Shown here in pieces: positions 9,089 to 20,314 of a stretch of 64,000 nucleotides of DNA. The DNA is from Hyalangium minutum (GTDB lineage: Bacteria > Myxococcota > Myxococcia > Myxococcales > Myxococcaceae). Positions within the stretch are counted from its first letter, which is position 1, and each line of letters starts with the position of its first letter. Location: positions 124,001 to 188,000 of the forward strand of contig NZ_JMCB01000005.1 of assembly GCF_000737315.1 (NCBI RefSeq), given 5' to 3'. A program made the translations under genes and the position numbers. The notes below the pieces were generated by a model. It was not told the DNA's origin, searched no databases, and saw only the letters and a program-made list of their open reading frames with translations.

Positions 9089-10564
9089 ATGCTCAAGCCC
9101 GTTACGCTCTTGCTTCTTCTCGCCTCCCCGGCACTGGCCCGGCAGGTGAATGTCTCCTCGGTGTCCCAGCTCCAGTCGGCCCTCGCGGGTGCGCAAGCCG
9201 GGGATGAAATCATCCTCGCGGACGGCACCTATGCGGTGAACGCCAACCTGAGCTGCACGGCGAGTGGGACAGCTCAGGCCCCCATCGTCGTACGCGCGCA
9301 GAACCGGCTGGGCGCGAGCGTCCGCTTCAATGCGACGGAGGGCTTCAAGGTCTCCGGCGCCTATTGGACCTTCGACGGGCTCGACGTCCAGGGCGTCTGC
9401 GCAAGCGACAGTAACTGTGAGCACGCCTTCCACGTCACGGGCCGCGCCGAGAACTTCGTCTTGCGCAACAGCCGGGTGCGCGACTTCAACGCACAGCTCA
9501 AGGTGAATGCCTCCCAGAACGGAGCCACGTGGGACATTCCCCACCGGGGACTCATCGAGCACAACGAGCTGGCCGACACCCGCTCTCGGGCGACTTCCAA
9601 TCCGGTGACGAAGCTCAACATCGATACAGGCGACAACTGGATCGTCCGCGACAACCTCATCCACGACTTCCACAAGAACGGCGGGGACTTCGTCTCCTAT
9701 GGCGCGTTCATGAAGAGCGGTGGCAACAACGGCGTGTTCGAGCGCAACCTCGTGCTGTGCACCCGGGATGTGACCACTGGCGGTACACGCATCGGGCTGT
9801 CCTTCGGAGGCGGCGGGACGGGCGGTGCCTTCTGCGCGCCGGCCTTCAATGCCAGTGTGCCGTGCGACCCCGAGCACACCGGTGGCACGATGCGCAACAA
9901 CGTCATCGCCAACTGCTCGGATGTCGGCATCTACCTGAACAAGGCCCGCTCCACGCAGGTGCTCTTCAATACCCTCATCTCCACTTCGGGCGTGGACTTC
10001 CGCTTTGCTTCGAGCACGGGCTCCGCGCACGGCAACGTGATGGCGGGGACTGTGCGTGGACGGGAGGGTGGCACGTTCGAGGCCGGCACCAACCTGCTCA
10101 ACGTGACTTCGGCCACCTTCTCCGGCTGGTACCAGGAGCCGCTGAAGGGAAACCTCACGGTTCGAGGGGACGTGTCCACCTTGATCGGCGCTGCGGCGGC
10201 CCGCGCGCAGGTGGTGGATGACTTCTGCGGCCGGCCCCGTCCGGCTCAGGGTGCGTACACGTTGGGAGCCCTGGAGCACTCGCTCGGGGACTGCTCGGGC
10301 GGGTCTACCGATGGGGGCAGCACCGCTCCTGACGCGGGTAGCGGCAACGGGGGCTTGGACGGAGGCTCGGACGGAGGCATCCCTTCGCCTGGCGACGCGG
10401 GAGTGGGCAACGACGGGGGAGCGGGCGCGGAGAGCCCCCCCGATGAGGAGGCAGCCGGTGGATGCGGCTGCTCCTCGAACTCGGGGGTGAACGCCACGCT
10501 CCTGCTCATGGCGCTGGGGCTTCTGGCGCTCTCCAGCCACCGGCGCTCACTCGGCCGGAAGTAG
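9089..10564 (+). CDS. Right-handed beta-helix (chondroitinase B / PL6-like) protein with MYXO-CTERM anchor
   Basis: Signal peptide; SSVSQLQSALAGAQAGDEIILADGTY N-terminus; parallel beta-helix repeats; G/D-rich linker; GGCGC + TM + basic tail (MYXO-CTERM). Confidence 0.8.
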   Translation: MLKPVTLLLLLASPALARQVNVSSVSQLQSALAGAQAGDEIILADGTYAVNANLSCTASGTAQAPIVVRAQNRLGASVRFNATEGFKVSGAYWTFDGLDVQGVCASDSNCEHAFHVTGRAENFVLRNSRVRDFNAQLKVNASQNGATWDIPHRGLIEHNELADTRSRATSNPVTKLNIDTGDNWIVRDNLIHDFHKNGGDFVSYGAFMKSGGNNGVFERNLVLCTRDVTTGGTRIGLSFGGGGTGGAFCAPAFNASVPCDPEHTGGTMRNNVIANCSDVGIYLNKARSTQVLFNTLISTSGVDFRFASSTGSAHGNVMAGTVRGREGGTFEAGTNLLNVTSATFSGWYQEPLKGNLTVRGDVSTLIGAAAARAQVVDDFCGRPRPAQGAYTLGALEHSLGDCSGGSTDGGSTAPDAGSGNGGLDGGSDGGIPSPGDAGVGNDGGAGAESPPDEEAAGGCGCSSNSGVNATLLLMALGLLALSSHRRSLGRK

Positions 10565-10581
10565 CTCCAGGAGGGAGGAAG

Positions 10582-12567
10582 CTACTGGCAGATCGCGCGC
10601 TCGCTCAGCGGGTTGATGTGGCCCTCGGCGTTGCCCGTCAGCGACAGGGCATAGATGCCACCGTCCCAGCTTCCATTGCTGAAGTCGATGCGCGCGGTGG
10701 GCGCCAGCACCGTGCCCCAGAAGCCGAAGCCGTGGGCCTGGATGCTCGTGGCGTCCACGAAGTTGTAGAGCACGCCGTTCTGATTGATGCCGCCGCTGAA
10801 CGAGGTGCCAAAGCCCGTGAAGGTGGCCGAGGCGCCCCGGATGTTGAGCACCGCCAGCGAGCCGGCGGGAGCATCGATGGACAGCAGCGCGGCGCCGGTG
10901 AAGGCACTGGCGTCCACATCGAAGAAGTTCATGTCCGGGGACGTGCCGTGCAGCAGGATGCCACCCCAGTTTGCGCGAGTCGTGGTGCCATTGGCCGGGT
11001 GACTGGCCAGTTGAGAGGACAGGTGACGCAACTCGGCGAAGCGGGCCGCGAAGTCGATGGGCGCGCCCAGAGCCGCGGCGCCGCGGGGGAAGACCACGGA
11101 GGGATTCGGGGTGTAGCTGCCCCCGTACCAGGCGTCGCCCCAGACACCGCCACGCGAGAGGTTCAGGCTGCCGCCCGCCACCAGCGTGTTTGCGGTGGCA
11201 CCGTCCGCCAGCCCCGAGCCCACCGCGAAGTCGGTCAGGGTGATGTTGCCGCCCGCCGCCACCTTGCCCTGCACGTCATGGCCCTGGCTGTAGTCCTCGA
11301 GCAGGAACAGGTTGTAGTCGCTCAGGTGGATGTTCGTGCCGTCGTCCACGGTGACGGTGAAGTTGCAGAACGCGGGAATGCCCCCGTTGTCCCTCGCGGA
11401 GCAGGTGACGGAGGTGGAGCCGCTCGGGAAGGAGCTCCCGGACTCGGACGAGCAGGTGATGGTGCCCGTGCCGCCGCAGTTGTCGCTGAAAGTGGGGGCG
11501 AAGGAGACCGAGCCGCCCTGCGTGCACGCGAGCTGGAGATCCGCCGGACACTGGAGCGTGGGCGGCGTGACATCCACCACGGTGACGGTGCCCGTGCACT
11601 GCGAGGAGTACCGGCCGTCGCTGACGATGAGGGTGACAGAGGTAGTGCCCAGCGGATAGGGGCCCGCCGGAGACTGCGTCAACTGGAGCGTGGAGCCGCT
11701 GAAGTCCGGGTCGTAACTGCCGCTGTCGATGGAGGCGGACGCGGTGCAGGCCGGGCCGGCGAGCTCAACGACATCGCGGCACGAGGCCTGGGGCGGCGTG
11801 TTCATGAAGCAGTGAGCGTTGCTCGGGCACCCATAGTAGACGCCCAGCAGTCCCTGTCCCGAGACGCTCTGGACGATGGACGTGTAGGGACTCCCAGGGT
11901 TCAGGACCGAGACCGAGTTGCCATTGCATGAATAGAGGGAGGGCACTCCCGAGACGAGGGAGTGCGCCGACATGCCACTGAAGTTGGCACACAGCCCGTT
12001 GTACGCAGGGGCGAGGCTCAGGCCGTAGACATTCAGGAACGGGTTCCAGAGGGCGGCCTCAGCGGAGGGGCCAACGCCCGTACCCGCGGCGATGTAGACG
12101 CCGCCGCCTTGCCCCACGTACTGGGTGAGCACGCTGAGGTCGACGGGATTTTCCGCGAGGAAGACGGCGTCGTACTGGAGCAGGTTGCTCAGGGTGAAGG
12201 GCACGCTGGTGGAAGTCGTCCAGGTGTGGCCCGCCTGGGTCATCACCGCAGCGAGGCTGCTCTCGCGAAGCCCGAAGTTGTTGGAATAGACGAGGAAGCG
12301 GCCGGGAGTTCCGCGGGTGAAGAAATGGGCCAGGTTCCGTGCGAAGGCCGCGGTGTTCGGGTTCGAATTGAACCCCGTGTTCGACAGGGTCCACTCGTCA
12401 TGACTGACGACGATCGTTCCCACACTGGAGTTGGACAGGGAATCCTCGCGCTGGCTCGGGACGGAGCTGGGGGCTTCGGGCTCTGGGGCCGGACCACACG
12501 CCCAGACGAGCGCACTCAGACACAGCCCTACCCATTGTGCACAAACCCCTCTCACGCTTCGCGTCAT
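10582..12567 (-). CDS. Multidomain lipoprotein: alpha/beta domain + HYR-like domains + choice-of-anchor A domain
   Basis: RBS ggagga, ATG 12567, lipobox VWAC; VDVTPPTLQCP...FPSGSTSVTCSARD (HYR); YNLFLLEDY...DVQGKVAAGGN...VLYNF...GTVLAP (choice-of-anchor A). Confidence 0.75.
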   Translation of the reverse strand: MTRSVRGVCAQWVGLCLSALVWACGPAPEPEAPSSVPSQREDSLSNSSVGTIVVSHDEWTLSNTGFNSNPNTAAFARNLAHFFTRGTPGRFLVYSNNFGLRESSLAAVMTQAGHTWTTSTSVPFTLSNLLQYDAVFLAENPVDLSVLTQYVGQGGGVYIAAGTGVGPSAEAALWNPFLNVYGLSLAPAYNGLCANFSGMSAHSLVSGVPSLYSCNGNSVSVLNPGSPYTSIVQSVSGQGLLGVYYGCPSNAHCFMNTPPQASCRDVVELAGPACTASASIDSGSYDPDFSGSTLQLTQSPAGPYPLGTTSVTLIVSDGRYSSQCTGTVTVVDVTPPTLQCPADLQLACTQGGSVSFAPTFSDNCGGTGTITCSSESGSSFPSGSTSVTCSARDNGGIPAFCNFTVTVDDGTNIHLSDYNLFLLEDYSQGHDVQGKVAAGGNITLTDFAVGSGLADGATANTLVAGGSLNLSRGGVWGDAWYGGSYTPNPSVVFPRGAAALGAPIDFAARFAELRHLSSQLASHPANGTTTRANWGGILLHGTSPDMNFFDVDASAFTGAALLSIDAPAGSLAVLNIRGASATFTGFGTSFSGGINQNGVLYNFVDATSIQAHGFGFWGTVLAPTARIDFSNGSWDGGIYALSLTGNAEGHINPLSERAICQ

Positions 12568-12933
12568 GGTGATGTCTCCTCCAAAGGTGGTGGTGATGGC
12601 CGTCAGCAAGCTTCGAGCCAGACCAGGCCGAGTCCGCTTCTTACCTGGGATGGCTGTCACGCCGTGCCTGGAAGCGTGGGGAGAGGCCGCCGCCGACGCG
12701 TCGCCGACGTGTCGGGACATACCGACGCTGGGTGCTGACGCCATGCGGTGACGCATCAACGCCCAGCGATCATGGCAGTGCCTCTTCTGAGTAGGAGCGG
12801 ACTCGGCTCAAAGCAGAGGGCTGCGCTACATGGAAGCGGCGGCAGCGACGACGCGGCGCTCGCCTCGCTGCCTGGCCGAAGCAGAGCGGAGAGGCCTCTC
12901 CGACTGACAGGGTCGACTCCCTTCCGGCCGTGA

Positions 12934-12949
12934 TGGCAAGGGCTCTGCG
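12934..12949 (+). promoter_or_regulatory. Possible sigma54 -24/-12 element upstream of aqpZ
   Basis: TGGCAAGGGCTCTGCG has correct GG-N10-GC spacing but an imperfect -12. Confidence 0.25.
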
Positions 12950-13056
12950 CAAGCCTTTGCCGCCGCTCCTGAAGTGACCAGCCTCACTTTGGGCAGTGTG
13001 AATCCCTGCGACGGAAGCGGCCCGGGCCTGGGCGCTCCGTCCGATGGAGGTGGGTC

Positions 13057-13878
13057 ATGGCAAGCGACCGCGCGCGGACTGTGTCTTCGGCGGGAAACTC
13101 CGAGGCGCTCCGGAAGTACTTGGCGGAGTTCATCGGAACCTTCGTTCTGGTCGTGGGAGGCGTGGGAGCAGCCGTTATCGCGGGAGACCGCATCGGCTTT
13201 CTCGGCATCGCTTTCGCATTCGGGCTGTCGCTGCTCGCCATGGTCTACACCGTGGGCCCCATCTCAGGCTGTCACATCAACCCCGCAGTCACGCTGGGGC
13301 TGCTGCTCGCCGGGAAGATGGAGCGGCGGCATGCCCCCGGCTACATCCTGGCGCAATGCGCGGGAGCTTTGCTGGCCTCGGGGGTCGTGCTCCTGTGGGC
13401 CCAGGGAGCCCCGGAGGGCTACTCGGCCGCGGCCCAGGGGCTGGGAGCCAACGGGTTTGGCGCCCACTCGCCGGGACAGTACGGGGCGGGCGCGGCCTTC
13501 CTGGCCGAGATCATCCTCACTTTCTTGCTGGTGCTCACGGTCCTGGGCGCAACGGACTCCCGGGCGCCCGTGGGCTTCGCAGGGTTGGCGATTGGTCTCG
13601 TCCTCACGCTGATCCACCTGGTGGGCATTCCCCTCACGAACACGTCGGTGAACCCGGCGCGCAGCCTGGGTCCCGCGGTGTTCGTGGGGGGCTGGGCGCT
13701 GGAGCAGCTCTGGCTCTTCATCGTGGCTCCGCTCCTGGGAGGAGGCCTGGCGGCGGCGGTATATCGCACGGTGCGGAGCCCGGTAGAGACGCTCACCGCA
13801 GCCCAAGCCGAGCGTTCCCTGGAGAGCGAGCGCGCCGAGCGCCTGGCTCACCGCCGTCCGACGGAGACCCTGCCGTGA
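13057..13878 (+). CDS. aqpZ: Aquaporin Z (MIP family)
   Basis: Two NPA motifs (SGCHINPAVT, TSVNPARS), YLAEFIGTF, ANGFG loop. Confidence 0.93.
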   Translation: MASDRARTVSSAGNSEALRKYLAEFIGTFVLVVGGVGAAVIAGDRIGFLGIAFAFGLSLLAMVYTVGPISGCHINPAVTLGLLLAGKMERRHAPGYILAQCAGALLASGVVLLWAQGAPEGYSAAAQGLGANGFGAHSPGQYGAGAAFLAEIILTFLLVLTVLGATDSRAPVGFAGLAIGLVLTLIHLVGIPLTNTSVNPARSLGPAVFVGGWALEQLWLFIVAPLLGGGLAAAVYRTVRSPVETLTAAQAERSLESERAERLAHRRPTETLP

Positions 13879-13887
13879 GCCCCCGCT

Positions 13888-13913
13888 GCTCTCTCTCGGG
13901 GGGAAGAGAGAGC
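13888..13913. terminator. Hairpin between convergent aqpZ and ybdD (probable terminator)
   Basis: gctctctct-8 nt loop-agagagagc, perfect 9-bp stem. Confidence 0.6.
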
Positions 13914-13962
13914 CATCGTGGCGGCGCACGCAAAGTCCGCCGCCCCGTACGACGCTCGAAGC

Positions 13963-14166
13963 TCAGCAGCAGCGCCCGCCGCCCCTTCGATAGCGGGCCT
14001 GCATCCGCTCGTTGAAGAACTCCGCGTAGCTCATCACTGGCCGCTCCGGGTGGCGCAGGCGCATGTGCCGGACATAGGTGTCGTAGTCGGGCACGCCGAT
14101 GAGCAGCCGCGCTGTCTGCACGGCCCGGCGCCAGAGGTGTCCCAGCTCGTCTCGCAGCCGCTTCAT
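13963..14166 (-). CDS. ybdD: YbdD/YjiX (DUF466) small protein
   Basis: LIGVPDYDTYVRHM...HP..PVMSYAEFF...GRCC; immediately downstream of cstA. Confidence 0.9.
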   Translation of the reverse strand: MKRLRDELGHLWRRAVQTARLLIGVPDYDTYVRHMRLRHPERPVMSYAEFFNERMQARYRRGGGRCC

Positions 14167-14167
14167 C

Positions 14168-16249
<2,082 letters not shown>

Positions 16250-16353
16250 CGCGCGAAGGTTTCCCACGGGGTGGGAGCCCGTCAATCACAAGTTCCTCCC
16301 CAGGGAGCAGACCGTTGTCTGGGAGGCGACAGCCCTTCGACGCGAGTTATCGG

Positions 16354-16554
16354 TCACAGCAGCGGGGACTGGATGACGTAGTAAAGGGATTCAAAGTACC
16401 GGTTCAGCGCATTGAGCATCATCACCAGATAGGGCCAGCCCAACGTGCCAAAGCCCAGCAGGGCTGCTGAGAAAGCGACGTACTCCACGGTGGATTGACC
16501 GCGGCTCCCGGCGAGGGGCCGGGAGGGCTCAGGGCGAAGCGTCCTGCTCTTCAT
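16354..16554 (-). CDS. Small Flp/TadE-like prepilin
   Basis: Class III signal RG|QSTVEY (E+5) followed by a hydrophobic helix; 66 aa. Confidence 0.7.
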   Translation of the reverse strand: MKSRTLRPEPSRPLAGSRGQSTVEYVAFSAALLGFGTLGWPYLVMMLNALNRYFESLYYVIQSPLL

Positions 16555-16837
16555 GGTCGGTCCTTTGAGGGAACAGGCAGTCGTTCCGGCATTCCTGCTC
16601 GACCTGCCAGCAGGCTTTGCGGCACAAGGAGAGCCCGCTTCCCGCGTGCTCCTCGCAGATGTCGGCGCACTTCTCTCGAGCGCTCGTGCAATCTTCTTTG
16701 CAGACGGCTTCCGGTTCGCGGCGGACGGGCTTCCCATGCGCCATGCCGCTCGAGAGGAGCCACAGGCCCCCCAGCGCCATGCCGCGCAGCACCGTCCAGG
16801 CCGCGCGCCGCGGCTTTCGGGCAGAGTGATGCATCAT
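16529..16837 (-). CDS. Small secreted Cys-rich protein (twin CX3C-X6-CX3C)
   Basis: ATGA overlap with the upstream stop; signal-like N-terminus; 8 regularly spaced Cys. Confidence 0.6.
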   Translation of the reverse strand: MMHHSARKPRRAAWTVLRGMALGGLWLLSSGMAHGKPVRREPEAVCKEDCTSAREKCADICEEHAGSGLSLCRKACWQVEQECRNDCLFPQRTDHEEQDASP

Positions 16838-17682
16838 TGCACCTGCTCCTGTGCGTCCAGCGTCAGCAGCACCAGGGCTCCTGGGCTCGAGGGCTTCACC
16901 AGGGCGGAAATCCGGTGAGCCCCTCGGCTTGCCATGAGGTGAGTGCCTTCGGTGGACTGCTCCACCTCCTGCACGGTCCAGCCCTGGTTCCCAAAAGTCG
17001 CTCGGTAGAAGGAGGCCAGCTCCGCCGCTCGCAGGTGAGGAACGTCCGCTTGGACGGAGTACCGCACCCGCCCCTCCTCGTGGAAGGTGAGCACCACGGG
17101 GGGAGAGGCTCCTTCGGGCATGGGCAGCTCCTGGGGCAGGGGCGTCTGGCCTTCCAGGAAGGAGTCCACCTGGCCACTCGACACGAAGACCAGCGTCTCG
17201 CCTCCTTGCGCGAGCACCGACACGAGGTGCGTCTCCTGGGTGGCGGGGTTCACATGCCCCACGTAGCCCGCGTTCGGGTTGTACCAGTGCTGCATGGCAG
17301 GCAGCCCTGCGTCGAGGATCGCCTGGTGGTAGAAGCCAAGCACCTGATCCGGTGTGTCTGACGTCGCGAACCACGCCACGGCGATGGGGGAGCCGGGGGC
17401 CAGATAGTCGGCTGCCATCGCGCGGGGCACGGCCCGAGGGTAAGGAGGTAGCTCCGAGGTCGCGCGCCGGATCACCTGCCGTTCGGACTCCGAGAAGGTG
17501 CCGGGGCCTCGAGGGGAACGCGGCAAGTCCGACTCTGGTGCGTCGTTCTCCACCTCTGCGTCGAACCGCTCCTCACCCGAGGCGCCACTCATCTCCCAGC
17601 CCGTTCCGATGAGCGCGCCGATGACCGCCACACAGAACAGCAGCAGGCTGCCTCGCAGCCAGGGGGACACGGTGTTGGACAT
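16834..17682 (-). CDS. Hypothetical membrane-anchored protein in the Tad cassette
   Basis: TGATG overlap with the upstream gene, RBS ggaggg, one N-terminal TM, two repeated alpha/beta units (...FY...GW/GL...). Confidence 0.65.
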   Translation of the reverse strand: MSNTVSPWLRGSLLLFCVAVIGALIGTGWEMSGASGEERFDAEVENDAPESDLPRSPRGPGTFSESERQVIRRATSELPPYPRAVPRAMAADYLAPGSPIAVAWFATSDTPDQVLGFYHQAILDAGLPAMQHWYNPNAGYVGHVNPATQETHLVSVLAQGGETLVFVSSGQVDSFLEGQTPLPQELPMPEGASPPVVLTFHEEGRVRYSVQADVPHLRAAELASFYRATFGNQGWTVQEVEQSTEGTHLMASRGAHRISALVKPSSPGALVLLTLDAQEQVQ

Positions 17683-18752
17683 CAGCATCCCTCCACGGTC
17701 TTGCAACCCATGTAGTACGCCCCCCGATTCTTGCCTGTCTTCTCGTAGGCGTCCCGCGAGCCGTCCTTCCAGGGCGTGGCGAAGTAGGGCGAGGCTCGGT
17801 TCTCCTCCTGGATGCGCTGGGTGGGAACCGCCATCCGCGTCTTCTGCAGAGAGACCCGAGCCGTCTTGCGCTCCTGGGGAGGCAGGTGGGACGCCAGCAA
17901 CTGCTGGTCGTTGGCTACTTGGGAGAAGAGCTTGTCTTCATCCAGGAAGCGTTGGGCTTCAGGCAGCACGGTATAGACGAGGCTCACACGCTCCTGCAGC
18001 GCACCTTCGTTGTCGTCGGGGCGCACCGCGAGAGTGTCTCCGGGATTGGAGGCCTTCAGATCCCCATTGAGAGCCCAGGAGTCCGTCACCAGGGCAAAGT
18101 GCTGCTTCTCCAGGTAGTACGCCGTCGTGCCCGTGCCTGCCTTTGCGTTGCCGTGGTAGTCCGAGCCGTCCGCCTTCCAGTTCTTCTTCGCCAGGTCCAC
18201 GTGAGAGAACTGCTGCAGGAAGCTCTGGGGCATCAGGTAGTTCTCCACGACTTCCTTGCCATGGCACTCATACAGCCCTCCGGCCTGACCAAAGGCATCT
18301 TGGTATTTGCGGAAGGCCGGAGTTTGGAGCAAGCCCACTTCCGTCCGGACAGGATCACACGTCACCTGCTCGGCCTCGGGATTGAGCCAGCAGACGTGGC
18401 CGCTCAACGCTCGGCCCGCGTGGTGGTCCTGGGCGTCGCAGTCCTGCCCGTGATTGTAGCTGTCACCACTGGACTCGTGATCGCAGAACATCAGGCGGGC
18501 CTGGTGTTGGACCACTGCCTGGATGCGCTTCGACGCGTCGCTGCCGCCGGAGCCCTTTCTCCCGCTGGGCTCCTCATAGTTCTGCCCTATGAGATCCCAG
18601 GGCGTTGAGAGCACCGCTTCCTGGAGATCTCCCGCGTACCGCAGGAGATCGTCCAGAAAGAGGGCGTACAGAAACGCCGGGACGATGATGATCATGCTGA
18701 TGGCGGCCTCTACCGAAGCCGCGCCGCGTTGCCTCTGCTGGAAGTGCCACAT
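17682..18752 (-). CDS. TadE-like minor pilin
   Basis: RG|AASVEAAI prepilin motif + TM, large Cys-containing C-terminal domain. Confidence 0.75.
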   Translation of the reverse strand: MWHFQQRQRGAASVEAAISMIIIVPAFLYALFLDDLLRYAGDLQEAVLSTPWDLIGQNYEEPSGRKGSGGSDASKRIQAVVQHQARLMFCDHESSGDSYNHGQDCDAQDHHAGRALSGHVCWLNPEAEQVTCDPVRTEVGLLQTPAFRKYQDAFGQAGGLYECHGKEVVENYLMPQSFLQQFSHVDLAKKNWKADGSDYHGNAKAGTGTTAYYLEKQHFALVTDSWALNGDLKASNPGDTLAVRPDDNEGALQERVSLVYTVLPEAQRFLDEDKLFSQVANDQQLLASHLPPQERKTARVSLQKTRMAVPTQRIQEENRASPYFATPWKDGSRDAYEKTGKNRGAYYMGCKTVEGC

Positions 18753-18775
18753 CGGAGCGTGTCAGGGGCCGCCCG

Positions 18776-20314
18776 TTACATGGGCAGCCGAGGAGTCTCG
18801 GCAAGTTGTGCCGCATCCGGGTTGCCCGCCTCGTCGAGGACCTTGGAAGCCTCCGAGGCGGTGAAGGGGTGAAGCTTGGCGCGCCAGAAGGGATTGAACA
18901 GGTTGGGGGGCTCCTGCCAATCCCCCAGCCGGTGGTAGTAGACGAGCGCCTTGGACAGGCCGGCGCCTTCTCCCGCAGCGAGCTCGAGGGTCCCTTCGCC
19001 CGTCGTGCCGAAGCGAAGCTTCACACTCCCGGCCTCGTTCAGCTCCCACGGAGCCTGACGCACGTCTCCAGCGCGAAGCTGCTGCGTCACGTAGCTGTAC
19101 ACAGGCGGCTGTCCGAAGTCCCTCTCCGGGGACGGGTCCGCGCGGAACTTCATGAAGCAGTGCCCCTTGTTCGCGCAGCTCATCAGCTCCGAGGTGTAGT
19201 TCCCCTGGAACTGGTCGTGTGTTCCCGAGTGGCTCTTGCGCGGCACGTGCTCACCCCCCGACACATCCGAGGAGATCCTCGCTTCGTACGAGGAGCGCCC
19301 GATGCCGTGCTTCCACTGGCTGAAGAGGATGCCGTGCTCGTCCGCGGAGATCACCTGTCCGGTGTTCTGCAGAGAGGGGCCTTCATGAAGGGCTGCCTTG
19401 CCGCGGTTCTGCACCGTCTTTGCGGTGCCCAGATGGGACTGAGGCTGGGAGAAGCCCTCTCCCTGAATGTCACGCGTGAGCAACCGGAGAAACTCCGGGT
19501 GGAGGTACCTGGGCAGCGAGGGCTTGCCGCGATTGGCGATCCAGTTCGTGCGCGTCGCGTTGCTCAGGATGGTCATCTCTTTGGCCCGGTCCGCCAGGGC
19601 CGTGTCCCCTGGCCGGCCGGAGACCCGGCAGGGCATGCCATCGATGGCGCAGGCAAACTCGGCGGAGTTGAGCTTTCCCACGCCAGGGGACAAGGCCGAG
19701 GCCTTGGGCGCGTTGATCTGCTGGAGCTTGGCCAGCCCATGCGCGGTGCCGCCGGACAACACCTGCGAAGTCTCCGCAAAGACCGATCGCTGCGAGGCAT
19801 GGAGGCTGTCCATCAGCCGGTCCAAGGACTTCACGGTCTTGTTGAACTTGTTCTCCAGCCGCTGGATCCGGGATCTCTGCTGGGACGAGGCCTGGCGGAA
19901 CTTCCGGGCGATCCGGACAGCCTGCACGATGTGAGGGCAGTGCTTGCACTTGTTGCCAGACAGCGCCGCCTCCATGGCGGCAATCTGGTAGAAGTTGCTC
20001 TCCCCCGCGCTGTACATCTCCGCGGTGACGCTGGCGGCGGTCATGGAGGCATGCATGCTGTTCATCGCAACATAAGAAGAGGCGATGGCGCGGTTGCTGA
20101 CGGCGAAGTAGTTGAGCGAGCGCGCCTCCAGGGTGGCCATGGAGTAGGCCAGGGCGTCACTGTGCTGCTGAAGGCGCGTCTTGCCGCGCAAGGCGTGGCT
20201 GAGGTTGAAGCTCAGTGCCACCATGAGCGCCAGCAGCAGCAGGGAGAGCGCCGCGAGCACCATGGCTTGCCCGGCCTCGCCGCGCCTTCTCAGAGGTGGT
20301 TGGTGGTCAGGCAT
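18776..20314 (-). CDS. TadG-like pilus tip protein
   Basis: AG|QAMVLAAL + TM + RLQQHSDALAYSMA (TadG N-terminal signature); C-terminal VYYHRLGDWQEPPNLFNPFWRAKL. Confidence 0.8.
   Translation of the reverse strand: MPDHQPPLRRRGEAGQAMVLAALSLLLLALMVALSFNLSHALRGKTRLQQHSDALAYSMATLEARSLNYFAVSNRAIASSYVAMNSMHASMTAASVTAEMYSAGESNFYQIAAMEAALSGNKCKHCPHIVQAVRIARKFRQASSQQRSRIQRLENKFNKTVKSLDRLMDSLHASQRSVFAETSQVLSGGTAHGLAKLQQINAPKASALSPGVGKLNSAEFACAIDGMPCRVSGRPGDTALADRAKEMTILSNATRTNWIANRGKPSLPRYLHPEFLRLLTRDIQGEGFSQPQSHLGTAKTVQNRGKAALHEGPSLQNTGQVISADEHGILFSQWKHGIGRSSYEARISSDVSGGEHVPRKSHSGTHDQFQGNYTSELMSCANKGHCFMKFRADPSPERDFGQPPVYSYVTQQLRAGDVRQAPWELNEAGSVKLRFGTTGEGTLELAAGEGAGLSKALVYYHRLGDWQEPPNLFNPFWRAKLHPFTASEASKVLDEAGNPDAAQLAETPRLPM

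Noticed and set aside
13963-13971. Possible selenocysteine at the TGA after the YbdD C-terminal Cys-Cys
   Set aside because: The protein already ends in RCC, the Cys-Cys form of this family; I take the TGA as a normal stop and recognised no SECIS
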